A DNA stretch of 63,813 nt, counting the filler, from Methanobacteriota archaeon (GTDB lineage Archaea > JACRDV01), in assembly GCA_024860865.1 (NCBI GenBank). It is 4 parts of 4 records of this genome, joined end to end, with 100 filler letters (N's around TTAATTAATTAA, not from the genome) between each part and the next. Parts side by side here need not be neighbours in the genome. Positions count along the whole stretch, not along the records: positions 5,645 to 31,578 come from JACRDV010000030.1; 3 more parts are not named here. One strand, written 5' to 3'. Below, one piece after another: positions 9,312-19,300 of this stretch. Each line of letters opens with the position of its first letter. Position 1 is the first letter of the stretch. The notes under the pieces were generated by a model, which saw nothing but the letters and a program-made list of their open reading frames with translations, searched no databases and was not told the origin of the DNA. A program made the translations under genes and the position numbers.

Positions 9312-11045
9312 CTAACTAATACCCGTATCTAATTTGCCAGAATAACCATTGATGTAAATTTTCCTGGTTCTACCTTTATCGTTGGTCAAGCTAATACAAT
9401 AGTATGGATAATAAACTAGTTTGGCTTTTTCAACTTCAGCCATTTGAAACATCCCCTTAATTATCTTTCTTATCGTATCTTCACTAAACTTTGGCTTTAA
9501 AGAACTAATTTCACCTTTTGAAACACTGTGCTCTTGCGGTAATACTGTGCTCAAATTTTCGAGCTCATTTGGAAAAGAAACTTCTACCAATGGGGCATAT
9601 TTGTATGTTCTGCCAATCATTTCAACTGTTGTTGTCAATCCTTTTTCCCTTAGGCTCCGCAAATTTGTGGTAACTATTTCCTTAGATAATTTAGTTTTTT
9701 GCGCAATCTCAAAAGGTGTAAGGTCTTTTCCTTTTGAAAGCTCTTTAAGCACCATCACCTGATTTTCATTTAGCTGATGGAGGCGCGAAAACCCTTTGCT
9801 TCTCTCCAAGTTCCCATTTGGATCATATTTAATCCATTCTCCAGTTGCCCCATCCCAACAAGAATAAATTTCAACGAACTTTCTGCCTAAAATTCCTCTT
9901 TTCAATGCCTTAATCTTACAAACAATAATTGGATGATAGTAAGCAGTTAGATTTGTAATATTCTCAACAGGAGCTCCAATTCCAAACTTTCTTTTCTTGT
10001 ATTTTTCAGCTTCCGCTAAAGCAGTTTGTTCAGTTAATACAAATGGAATTGCGAGTATGCCCTCTTTAACTTTTTCTTCTGCTTTGGGTTTAGAAACTTG
10101 AATTTCTTTAGGTTCAACTTGTGGAGCTATTTCAACTTCTGAAGTTACTTCAATCTCTTCTTTGAGTCGTTCGATAATTTCAGCAATCTTTACTGGCTGG
10201 CCCTTTTCAACAGTTGGAGTGAAGCCGCCGTGAGGTGTTTCTCTTTTTCTAACTTTGATTACCTTTGGATATTGAACAACATCGCCCATTATGAAGAATT
10301 GACCCGGCTCTAAATTAGGCAGCTTATAAAGGTCTTCCTTTCTTTGAAAGAAAAATTTCACAGCTTCAAGATCATTCATTAAAGTGAGTTTTCCTAAAAA
10401 CTGATTGCCACATTGTGATAAAATATTTTTATCAACCATAGCAGGCCTTTGAGTCGCTATGGTTAATCCAATTCCTCTTTTTCTGCCTCTCCGGCTGATA
10501 CTTTGTAGCTCTTCCACTCCTCCTCTTTTGCTTTGGGGAGCAAATCTATCAGCTTCTTCAACAATTAGCAGATATGGTTTTCTCAGTTTTGTTTCAAGCT
10601 CATATAAAGCCTTACAAAATTTTGATACTATTGCAACATCATCATCGCATTCTGAAACATCTAAAATTAATGGGATATTAGCATCCAAAACCTCATTTGC
10701 AAGCCTCTCAGCATTTTCAATTTTAAGTGGAACATCTGCTTGTTCTCTAGGGCCCGCCCATAGGACTTCGAATTTTCTCTTAAGACTGCTGTACTCCCCT
10801 TCTGGGTCTACTATTGCGAAGCCAGCATTCTTCTTGCAAAGTTCTTCGCATATAATCCCTATAAAGTGCGATTTGCCACTCCCTGACTGCCCAATCACAG
10901 CAGTTCTGCCAGTGACTATCTTTTGTAATGGAACAGAAATTCCCTCTCCCTTATGCTCCCCTAGGTAAAGCTGGTCTGATGGCAAAAGTATCCCAAAAAT
11001 AATCTTCAGCTCTTTAAATTTAAAATTCGCTATTTTGTCTGACAA
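9312..11045 (-). CDS. HerA/DUF87-type P-loop ATPase with C-terminal winged HTH
   Basis: GQSGSGKS, VDPEGEY, VEEADRFAP, RGRKRG, ATQRPA; C-terminal LTPFEIAQKTKLSKEIVTTNLRSL HTH; exact start uncertain. Confidence 0.85.
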   Translation of the reverse strand: MSDKIANFKFKELKIIFGILLPSDQLYLGEHKGEGISVPLQKIVTGRTAVIGQSGSGKSHFIGIICEELCKKNAGFAIVDPEGEYSSLKRKFEVLWAGPREQADVPLKIENAERLANEVLDANIPLILDVSECDDDVAIVSKFCKALYELETKLRKPYLLIVEEADRFAPQSKRGGVEELQSISRRGRKRGIGLTIATQRPAMVDKNILSQCGNQFLGKLTLMNDLEAVKFFFQRKEDLYKLPNLEPGQFFIMGDVVQYPKVIKVRKRETPHGGFTPTVEKGQPVKIAEIIERLKEEIEVTSEVEIAPQVEPKEIQVSKPKAEEKVKEGILAIPFVLTEQTALAEAEKYKKRKFGIGAPVENITNLTAYYHPIIVCKIKALKRGILGRKFVEIYSCWDGATGEWIKYDPNGNLERSKGFSRLHQLNENQVMVLKELSKGKDLTPFEIAQKTKLSKEIVTTNLRSLREKGLTTTVEMIGRTYKYAPLVEVSFPNELENLSTVLPQEHSVSKGEISSLKPKFSEDTIRKIIKGMFQMAEVEKAKLVYYPYYCISLTNDKGRTRKIYINGYSGKLDTGIS

Positions 11046-11180
11046 AAAATAAGTCTTTTTTATTCTCTAAAAACTTTCAGCTACAAATTTTCTATCAAAA
11101 TCAAACTATTATGGGATTTAATAGTAATGAAAGCAAATAATAATAAGCTACCTAATCAGGCTAAATACGTACAAAAAATT

Positions 11181-11870
11181 TTACTCACTCCATCTCCATG
11201 GCCATGGGAAGCGGGAGGGCTTTCGAGGCTTACCAGGTTTTTCAGTTTTTTCGAATTTCTCTGACTTCTCTACTTTTTCCGTTTTTCTAGGGGGCTCTGG
11301 TTTAATTTTTTTGCCAACAATAAAGGGTATAAGGTGCTCGCCTACTGTAGAGAATGCAAGTATGCTGTAGGCTTTTCCATCAACAATCGCTTGGCCAATA
11401 ACGATGCGTACTCCGCCATTTTTGACCTCTTCAGTTAAAATAATACTCCCAGCTGCTTGTAATGTATCATTCTTCGTTACAACTATTGTACCCAAGAAAG
11501 TATGAGCTTCTGTTGTTTCATTTTTTTCTATTGTAATATTTTTCAGCCCATAGACTTTGGTCCCCAGCTTCATAGTCCCTTTGTACTCGTAGGTAATGTT
11601 AAATGGCTCTGCTAGAAACCCTTCTTCCTTAACCAATCCAGGTGGGAGGGGCGCTTTAGTTACGCGAATCCAGAAGAACTCAAAATTTCTGTGGCTTTCT
11701 GTAGGAAATGCGAATCCTTGAGCCTCATATGTCTTCACAGGGATGCGCATCCAACTCCAGTTGACTCCTTCCGGTTGCGCTAAAATCGGCAAAACTGACC
11801 AAGCTAAAGCTCCTACAAACGCCACTGTTATTGCCATTATTTTTGTTAGGTATTGATTCATTTTTATCAC
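11181..11870 (-). CDS. Secreted hypothetical protein
   Basis: N-terminal signal peptide; beta-rich body; KxE repeats near the C-terminus. Confidence 0.7.
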   Translation of the reverse strand: MIKMNQYLTKIMAITVAFVGALAWSVLPILAQPEGVNWSWMRIPVKTYEAQGFAFPTESHRNFEFFWIRVTKAPLPPGLVKEEGFLAEPFNITYEYKGTMKLGTKVYGLKNITIEKNETTEAHTFLGTIVVTKNDTLQAAGSIILTEEVKNGGVRIVIGQAIVDGKAYSILAFSTVGEHLIPFIVGKKIKPEPPRKTEKVEKSEKFEKTEKPGKPRKPSRFPWPWRWSE

Positions 11871-11941
11871 ATTTTTTTAATAATGAAACAAACTATCTAG
11901 TTAGCCTGAAACGATTTGGAACAATTTTAAGACAAACAAAG

Positions 11942-12850
11942 CTAAGTAAAAGGCTTTTTTTCAAGAGCCCATTCAGAAAATTCTACTAAGTTTGTTTTTC
12001 CAACACCTACCAACTTGATTATATTTTTCCGTTCAAGCTCTTTTAACGTCCTATGGAGAGTAGCTTTTGGTATACCTGTGGAATAATATAGTTTAGCTTG
12101 TGTTGTTTTACCTCCAAATTTTAATAGTTCATCAATTATTTTCCTTTCTCTTTCATCTAAAGTTGGAAGAACTGTTGTTAAATTAGTTGAGGGCTGAATA
12201 GTTGCAGGCTGGATGGGAATTACTTTGCGCCTTTTTAAATAAATTGCTGAAGCAACTCCAGCTAAGGAAATTAAACCTAATGCTAGCAACAAATAATAGA
12301 AATAAGCCTCAGTTGTGCCAGATAAGGCACTGGCTTTAGGTTGGTAATTAATTGCAGAAGAAAATTGCTCACCATCCTGAACCAACCAAGATATTGTTAT
12401 TTGCTTGTTTGCAAGTTCGATAAACGGTTCAATTTTTGGATAGCTTTCAATGTGCCTTATTATTGAACTTGGCAAGTAGATATTTACTTCAAGCATGTGA
12501 AATGAAGTTGGAAAAGTAAAATTTAAAGTCCAAATTGAACCGCTTTTTGAAGTCAAAGCGTCTGTGGAAAATGTAACTGCAGATTCATTAGAAGTTGGAG
12601 AAAAAGTCAAAAAAGTTTTGTTTCTAAAATAACTGAGAGGACCTTTTTTATCAAATACTTCTAGTTTTTCTGTCGGGTAAGGAAGGTAAAGAGTAACATT
12701 TTCAGGTCTAGGTATAGTTAAAGCTATAAAAGCTCTTCCTGTTTCTGAAATGGTTATGCTAATAGTACTGGTAGCTAATTCTTGAGCAGCTACCAATTGA
12801 ACTAACACCAATGTGAAAATAAAAACAGATATAGTCCTTTTCATGCGCAT
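11942..12850 (-). CDS. Membrane-anchored winged-HTH regulator (COG2512-like)
   Basis: Signal peptide, extracellular domain, one TM helix, then LDERERKIIDEL..GGKTTQ..L...TGIPKATLHRTLKELE..GKTNLV. Confidence 0.85.
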   Translation of the reverse strand: MRMKRTISVFIFTLVLVQLVAAQELATSTISITISETGRAFIALTIPRPENVTLYLPYPTEKLEVFDKKGPLSYFRNKTFLTFSPTSNESAVTFSTDALTSKSGSIWTLNFTFPTSFHMLEVNIYLPSSIIRHIESYPKIEPFIELANKQITISWLVQDGEQFSSAINYQPKASALSGTTEAYFYYLLLALGLISLAGVASAIYLKRRKVIPIQPATIQPSTNLTTVLPTLDERERKIIDELLKFGGKTTQAKLYYSTGIPKATLHRTLKELERKNIIKLVGVGKTNLVEFSEWALEKKPFT

Positions 12851-13041
12851 CGCGAACTTAGATTGTTTTTTCTGATCATGGAGCCAAATATTTATTCAAT
12901 TTAGATTAATTTATTTAGGTTTATATTTTAAGGGACTTTTGTAATATTAAGTTAGTATAAACAATATTATAATCAAGGACTAAGATAACTTTAAGAGAAT
13001 TTAAATTGAAAATGCAGTAGCTAATATTCCTGGGGATTTCC

Positions 13042-14358
13042 ATGTTTGACTCTCTCGGTGATTGGAGAAGGACCCATTATTCGACCCAAATTAAGCCCAG
13101 TATGGACGGTCAAGAGGTAGTTCTTATGGGTTGGATCCATGACTTGCGTGACTTAGGCGGCGTTAGATTCGTAATTTTGCGCGATAGTGAGGGCTTCATT
13201 CAATCAACCCTTCATAAAGAGAAATCAGATCCAACTCTCTATGATAAAATAGGCTCTCTTAAGAAAGAATATGTTGTTGCGATAAAAGGAGTTATTAAAG
13301 CAATTAGACAGGCCCCAAGAGGAGTCGAAGTAATCCCCAAAGAAATTAGAATTTTAAACACAGCCGATGCAGTTTTGCCATTGGATGTAACAGGAAGAAC
13401 TGATGCTGATTTAGATACTAGGTTGAATGTTAGAGTTCTGGATTTAAGGAGACCAAAGTCATTTGCAATTTTTAAAATAAGAAATGTTGCTCTATCTTCA
13501 GCTCGAGAATTTTTAGTAAAAGAAAATTTCTTTGAAGTAAACACGCCAAAAATTATTGCTTCCGCAACAGAAGGCGGAACTGAACTTTTTCCAATAAGTT
13601 ATTTTGAAAAAGAAGCTTTTTTGAGTCAGAGCCCACAATTGTATAAAGAACAGCTTACAACAGTCTTTGATAAAGTTTATGAAATTGGACCATATTTTAG
13701 AGCCCAAGAATCAAACACAACTAGACATTTAAGTGAAACAATTGCAATCGATATTGAGCAGGCTTTTGCCACTCAAGAAGATGTTATGCAAGTTTTGGAG
13801 AGATTAGTTGAGTTTATCTTTAAGCAAGTGAATGAAAAATGTCAAGAAGAACTGAAAATACTTGAGCGCAAACTCGAAGTTCCTGAGGTTCCATTTGAAA
13901 GGTTATCTTATGATAAAATTATAGAGACGTTGAACAAACATGGTATCCCTATTAAATGGGGAGAGGATATTCCAACTCCTGCAGAGCGTAAGCTTGGCGA
14001 GCTTTACAATGAGTTTTTCTATATAATTGATTGGCCTACCAAAATAAAGCCTTTTTATATAATGCCAAAAGAAGATGACCCAAAGCATTGCTATTCTTTT
14101 GATTTGATGTATGGTGGGTTGGAGTTAGCATCGGGCGGAACACGCGTTCACGAATATGAACTTTTAGTCAAACGCCTACGTGAACAAGGCCTTAGGCCTG
14201 AGAGCTTTCAATATCATTTGAATGTCTTTAAGTGGGGAGTTCCACCACATGGGGGTGGGGGATTAGGGGCAGATAGGCTAGTTATGGTCTTAACTGGAGC
14301 AGCAAACATAAGGGAAGTCGTATATTATCCAAGGGATAGATTCCGGTTAACTCCATGA
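13042..14358 (+). CDS. aspS: Aspartyl-tRNA synthetase, archaeal, probably non-discriminating (tRNA-Asp/Asn)
   Basis: LSQSPQLYK, FRAQES, PPHGGGGLG. GWIH (His) and QAPRG (Pro) in the anticodon domain are the ND-type residues. Confidence 0.95.
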   Translation: MFDSLGDWRRTHYSTQIKPSMDGQEVVLMGWIHDLRDLGGVRFVILRDSEGFIQSTLHKEKSDPTLYDKIGSLKKEYVVAIKGVIKAIRQAPRGVEVIPKEIRILNTADAVLPLDVTGRTDADLDTRLNVRVLDLRRPKSFAIFKIRNVALSSAREFLVKENFFEVNTPKIIASATEGGTELFPISYFEKEAFLSQSPQLYKEQLTTVFDKVYEIGPYFRAQESNTTRHLSETIAIDIEQAFATQEDVMQVLERLVEFIFKQVNEKCQEELKILERKLEVPEVPFERLSYDKIIETLNKHGIPIKWGEDIPTPAERKLGELYNEFFYIIDWPTKIKPFYIMPKEDDPKHCYSFDLMYGGLELASGGTRVHEYELLVKRLREQGLRPESFQYHLNVFKWGVPPHGGGGLGADRLVMVLTGAANIREVVYYPRDRFRLTP

Positions 14359-14468
14359 CTCTCACAAAATTTTTAAAAATCTCTTAAATACAATTGTTGT
14401 TGTTCTTTAGGCGACATCGCCAAAAGTATTTATTGTTACGAAGTGATGTTGGAAGGGATGATATAAAC

Positions 14469-15650
14469 ATGAGTCTAATGGGTGAATACATTAACAGAAA
14501 ATTGAGCGTCCCTGAATTGGAATCTGAATTATTGAGATTAATATCGGAATACAACAAATTGAGAGACACATATTTATTTGTATATGCCGCTGCGATTGGA
14601 AAACCAATCCCAACTATTCCATTAGAGCAAGCGGACTTTTATGTAATTCGAGATTTGTTAGCAGGCAAAAAAGGCCTTCAGAAAGTTGATGTGTATATCG
14701 AGACACCGGGAGGAAGCGGCGAAACAGCAGAAGAGATCGTTAGGTTCTTACGCAATAATTTTGATACGATTTCCTTTGTAGTGTCTGGAGAGGCTAAAAG
14801 CGCAGGCACAATTATTGTTTTATCAGGCGATGAAATCTTAATGACTGAAACTGGAAGCTTGGGTCCGATTGACGCTCAAATAAAAATTGGACGCTCGGTA
14901 GTATCAGCATATGACTACATCGAGTGGGTTGAAAAGAAAAGGAAAGAAGCAGAAACGCAAGGTGCGCTTAACCCGTTTGATGCTACAATGGTAGCACAGG
15001 TTACACCTGGCGAATTAGGCAGTGTATTTCATGCACTAAAATTTGCTGAAGATCTAGTGGTTGAATGGTTGATAAAATACAAATTTAAAAAATGGACTGT
15101 TACCAAAACCCGCAAAATACCTGTAACTGAAGAAATGAAAAAGAAACGAGCAGAGGAGATTGCGAAGGAATTAACAGACCATTCTAAATGGAGATTACAT
15201 GGAAGATCAATAAAAATTGATGATTTAGAAGAAATTGGGTTAAAGATAACAAGGGTAGATAATGACCCGAAATTGGCTGAAATTGTATATAGAATTCAAA
15301 CAGTTTGCAGGCTGCTTTTTGAGTCTACTACCACCTTTAAGATATTTGCAACTCAAGATAACAAAATATTTAGATATGCTGTTCCTGTTGAGGCTCTCAT
15401 AAGAACTCCAAAAATGCAAACACCTGATGTAGTTGTGATTGAACAAAAATGCCTAAAATGTAATACGGTTCATAAGATATATGCAAAATTTGCTCCTAAC
15501 CCCCAGATCGATATAGACTTCAAAAGTAAAGGATTTATACCTTTTCCAAAAGATGCTAAGATTGTATGCAAATGTGGCTTTGAGATAGACTTATTAGGTA
15601 TTAAGAACCAAATTGAAATGCAAATAGGAAGAAAAGTCATTATTCAATAG
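14469..15650 (+). CDS. ClpP/S49-like serine peptidase (SDH_sah type) with C-terminal Cys-rich (Zn-ribbon-like) tail
   Basis: ETPGGSG, AKSAGT, LGPIDAQ, HGR; tail CLKC...CKCG. Start set to ATG 14469, inside the cassette. Confidence 0.85.
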   Translation: MSLMGEYINRKLSVPELESELLRLISEYNKLRDTYLFVYAAAIGKPIPTIPLEQADFYVIRDLLAGKKGLQKVDVYIETPGGSGETAEEIVRFLRNNFDTISFVVSGEAKSAGTIIVLSGDEILMTETGSLGPIDAQIKIGRSVVSAYDYIEWVEKKRKEAETQGALNPFDATMVAQVTPGELGSVFHALKFAEDLVVEWLIKYKFKKWTVTKTRKIPVTEEMKKKRAEEIAKELTDHSKWRLHGRSIKIDDLEEIGLKITRVDNDPKLAEIVYRIQTVCRLLFESTTTFKIFATQDNKIFRYAVPVEALIRTPKMQTPDVVVIEQKCLKCNTVHKIYAKFAPNPQIDIDFKSKGFIPFPKDAKIVCKCGFEIDLLGIKNQIEMQIGRKVIIQ

Positions 15651-15662
15651 GGAGAAAAAATC

Positions 15663-15839
15663 ATGGAGGTAAAGAGGAAAGAATTAAGACGGGAAGAAGA
15701 GAAGGTGTTGTTAACCTTTTTAAAACAAACCCGAGAAGGAAAGTATGCAAAAATAGATGAAAGTTCACTCCCGTATTCTAGACTTAAAGAACATAGAGAA
15801 GGACCTTATTATGAAGAGTACTACTATAGTGTTAGATAG
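15663..15839 (+). CDS. 58-aa hypothetical protein, second cassette gene
   Basis: GGGAGA RBS, then MEVKRKELRREEEKVLLTFLKQTREGKYAKIDESSLPYSRLKEHREGPYYEEYYYSVR*; stops just before attC. Confidence 0.65.
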   Translation: MEVKRKELRREEEKVLLTFLKQTREGKYAKIDESSLPYSRLKEHREGPYYEEYYYSVR

Positions 15840-15866
15840 AATAAGCAGGTAGTAGGTTGCAACATC

Positions 15867-15948
15867 GCCTAACACAGCATAAAAGGTTCGCTTTCACTCG
15901 CCCAAATTTTTGTTCGCAAAAACTTCTTTTATGCTGGGACCGTTGTGC
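15867..15948 (+). other. attC recombination site
   Basis: R'' GCCTAAC, arms CAGCATAAAAG (15875-15885) / CTTTTATGCTG (15926-15936), inner hairpin TTTTTG-TTCG-CAAAAA, R' GTTGTGC. Confidence 0.8.
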
Positions 15949-16380
15949 GAAATTGTAGCTCCGAAACGCCTTTCTAAATCGGACAAAGCGGACGGATAAA
16001 TCAAAAGAAATCGTTACGGAGCCGAAACCAAAGCTTAGAAGCATGAGAAAGCCGAGCAATCTACCTTTAAAAACTTGTTTTTACGTAATGACTTTTAAAA
16101 CGAAAAAAACCACGCCAAAATACTTGAATTATTTTCTTGCGAATTTCTTACGAATTTTATCTTTAAATTTAAAAATCCTTAGTTATGAGCGATTTAAAAT
16201 TAGATTTCCTAAACTTTATGAATTTAGATTAAGAAAATCTACCTAAAAATGAACTATGTTTACAACCGCAATCTCAATATAAGAGCGTTAAAAAAGTTTA
16301 TAACGAAGTTTTAAACATCTGACTTCTGTCTGACTCAAATTCTTATTATTTGAAGTTATTAGATTTTAACGGGTCAGTTT

Positions 16381-19300
16381 ATGGCTTATATTAAAGAAAT
16401 TACTTTGCATAATTTCAAATCATTTGGAAAACGCGTTGTAGTATCTCTCCCCAAGGGTTTTACTGCAGTCGTCGGCGCAAATGGGAGTGGGAAATCAAAT
16501 ATCATCGACGGCATTTGCTTCGTTTTAGGCCGCAGAAGCTCAAAATCAATGAGAGCTGACCGTTTAGTTGACTTAATTTTTAACGGAAGCAATGGTAGGC
16601 CTCCAGCTGACTTTACTGAAGTTAGCTTGATTTTTGATAATACCGATTCAGCTTTCCCAATTGACTCAAGCAATGTCACAGTTTCTAGAAAAGTCAACAG
16701 AGCTGGCTACTGCGCCTATAGAATTAACGATCGCATGGCAACTAGAACTGAAATTATTGAATTATTGAGCCATGCTGCAATCAATCCAGATGGCTATAAC
16801 ATAATCATGCAAGGGGATATTGTCAAAATAGTCGAAATGAATGCCGCTGATAGGAGAAAAATAATAGATGAAGTCTCAGGAATCGCCGAGTACAATGAAA
16901 AGAAAGAAAAAGCAATGCATGAGCTTGAAAAAGTCAAAAACAACATTGATAAAATTAACATAGTTATATCAGAAGTTGAAACACAATTATCGAAATTAAA
17001 AAGTGAACGCGAAGATGCATTAAATTATAAAGAATTGCAAACAAAACTCGAAGAAACTCGTGGCTTATTAATCAATAAAAAACTTTCAGATGCTAAAGCT
17101 GCTTTAAATAATTTACTAGATACATTGGGTACAACTGAAGCTGACTATCAGAAGTTCAATCAAGAACTTCAAGCACTTGTTTCAAGTTCACAAGAGAGCG
17201 AGCAGAAATTAAATCAGTTGAATCAGATTATTGCAGAAAAAACTGAGAAAGAACAATTATCCCTTCAAAAAGAAATTGAAGAAATAAAAGGAACAATCCA
17301 TAGAGCTCAAGATTCTATTAAACTTGCACAAGAAGAAATTGAGAGAACATCGAATGAAAAGAGAGAAACTGAATTAAAACTTCAACGATTTGAAGCTGAA
17401 ATTTCTGAACTTCAAAAGAATATTGCTCAATTAGAATATCAAAGGTCAGAAGTAATAGCTCAAATTGGAAATAGAAGCAAGGAATTAAGAGATATTTTAG
17501 AAGCGGTCAAAGAGATAGACTCTGAATTTGCAAAATTAAATGATGAGTTATCCGGAATTAATGTTCAACTTGAACAAAAAAAGGACAAATTTTTTGCAGT
17601 TCAGAGAGAGATGGAAAAATTACGAGAACTTCTTCAATCAAAGCAGACAGAGAAAAGCAATGTTTCATCTAAGCTTGAGCAATTAAAAACTCAATTGGTT
17701 GGTTTAGAAGCCAATTATGCTGAAGCTATTGAAAAACAAACACAGCTTCAAAATCAGAAGTCGAGACTAGAGATTGATCTAACTAAACTCACAAAACAAG
17801 AAGAACTCGAGCTGCGCGAAAAGATTACAGTAATTGAAGAAAAGTTACGAAAAGCTCAAGAAGACTATGCTCGTGTAGAAACTAAACTAAAAACTTTAGA
17901 AGAGATTTCTTACCCAAAGGCTATTAGTGAAATACTGAAAGCTAGAGATATAGGCCTCTTAACAGGGATTTACGGAACAATTGCAGAATTGCTTAAAGTC
18001 AAACCTGAACATGAAGTTGCGATTGAGGTGGCAGCCGGTTCGCGGCTGCACCATATTGTTGTTGAATCAGATGAAGATGCATCTCAGGCAATTAAATTTT
18101 TAAAAGAAAATAAAATTGGTCGAGCTACATTTTTGCCCCTCAATAAAATTGAATTTAAAACTCTAGATCCTCGATCTATAGATGCTAGCAAGGCTGAAGG
18201 AGCAATTGGTTTAGCAATAAATTTAGTAGACTTTGACCCGAAATTTCAATTTGCATTTAATTATGTTTTTGGGGATACAGTCGTTGTTGATAATTTAGAA
18301 ACAGCAAAAAAACTTGCGAACGGTCTTAGAATTGTGACGCTTGATGGCGATCTGATAGATGCAAAGTGGGCAATTACAGGCGGCTTTTATCAAAGGAGAG
18401 GTATCAAATCCGTTAAGCAAGAAGAAGATTATCTTCAACAATTAAAAGCTGGAATTTCACAGCTTGAAACTTCTAAGCAGGAAATTTTAGTTAAGCTCAA
18501 AGAGCTCGAAAAATTTGTAGGAGAATTATCACAACAAAAAATCAATGTTGAAGCTGAATTAACAAATCAAACTTTAATCTTAGATAATGCACAAAAACAA
18601 ATTCAAAACCAAAAAAATGAGTTAATTCAATTTGAGGCTCAATTTGCCCAATTATCAAAAGAAATTGAATCATTTGAAGTTAAGTATAATTTACATTCAG
18701 CTGAATTAAATCAGCTCCAAGATGAGCTAAAACAACTTGAAAGTAAAAAAATTGAGATCAATGAGAAACTTAGCTCTTCTAAAGCTAGTGATTATACAGC
18801 AAAAACAAGAGAAATTGAGCAAACAATTTATCAACACCGCGAAACTCAGCAAAAACTTGATACAGAGATCGGCTCTTCAAAAGCAAAAATTGAGAGCGGG
18901 TTGCAGCCTTCTATTCAAACATGTAAGAATAATTTGGCAAACCACCAAGAAAAAAGTGAAAAATTAGTGAATATGGTTCAACAAAATCAAGCTTTAATTT
19001 TACTTCAGACCCAACAGCTCAATTTAAAAGTTGATCTTGTAGGCAGTTTAACCAAAGACGTTGAAGGATTACGCATACAACGCGAGCAGTATCAACGAAC
19101 GATTTCTGAGCTTTCAGTTAAGCGCGAGGAACTCTACCAGAAGCTTGCTAGTATTCAGACGGTCCGTTCAAATCTGAACGCTGAAAAAATGGCGCTTGAA
19201 AGCAAGATAAATGAGCTATCTATTGAAGCTCAAAAATATCAAAATTTAGCCGCCTCAGAAGTTGAAGTAAAAATATCTGATCTAGAACAAAAGGTACAAA

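Larger units (their letters stand above)
14407..15942 (+). mobile_element. Integron-type gene cassette (solitary; no intI in window)
   Basis: Begins TTAGGCGA (14407-14414), the exact complement of TCGCCTAA at the start of the downstream attC; holds two same-strand ORFs; ends at the G of GTT at 15942. Confidence 0.75.

Noticed and set aside
15832-16246. ORFs 15832-16059 (-) and 16043-16246 (+)
   Set aside because: They overlap the attC site or low-complexity AT-rich DNA and show no protein-like features.
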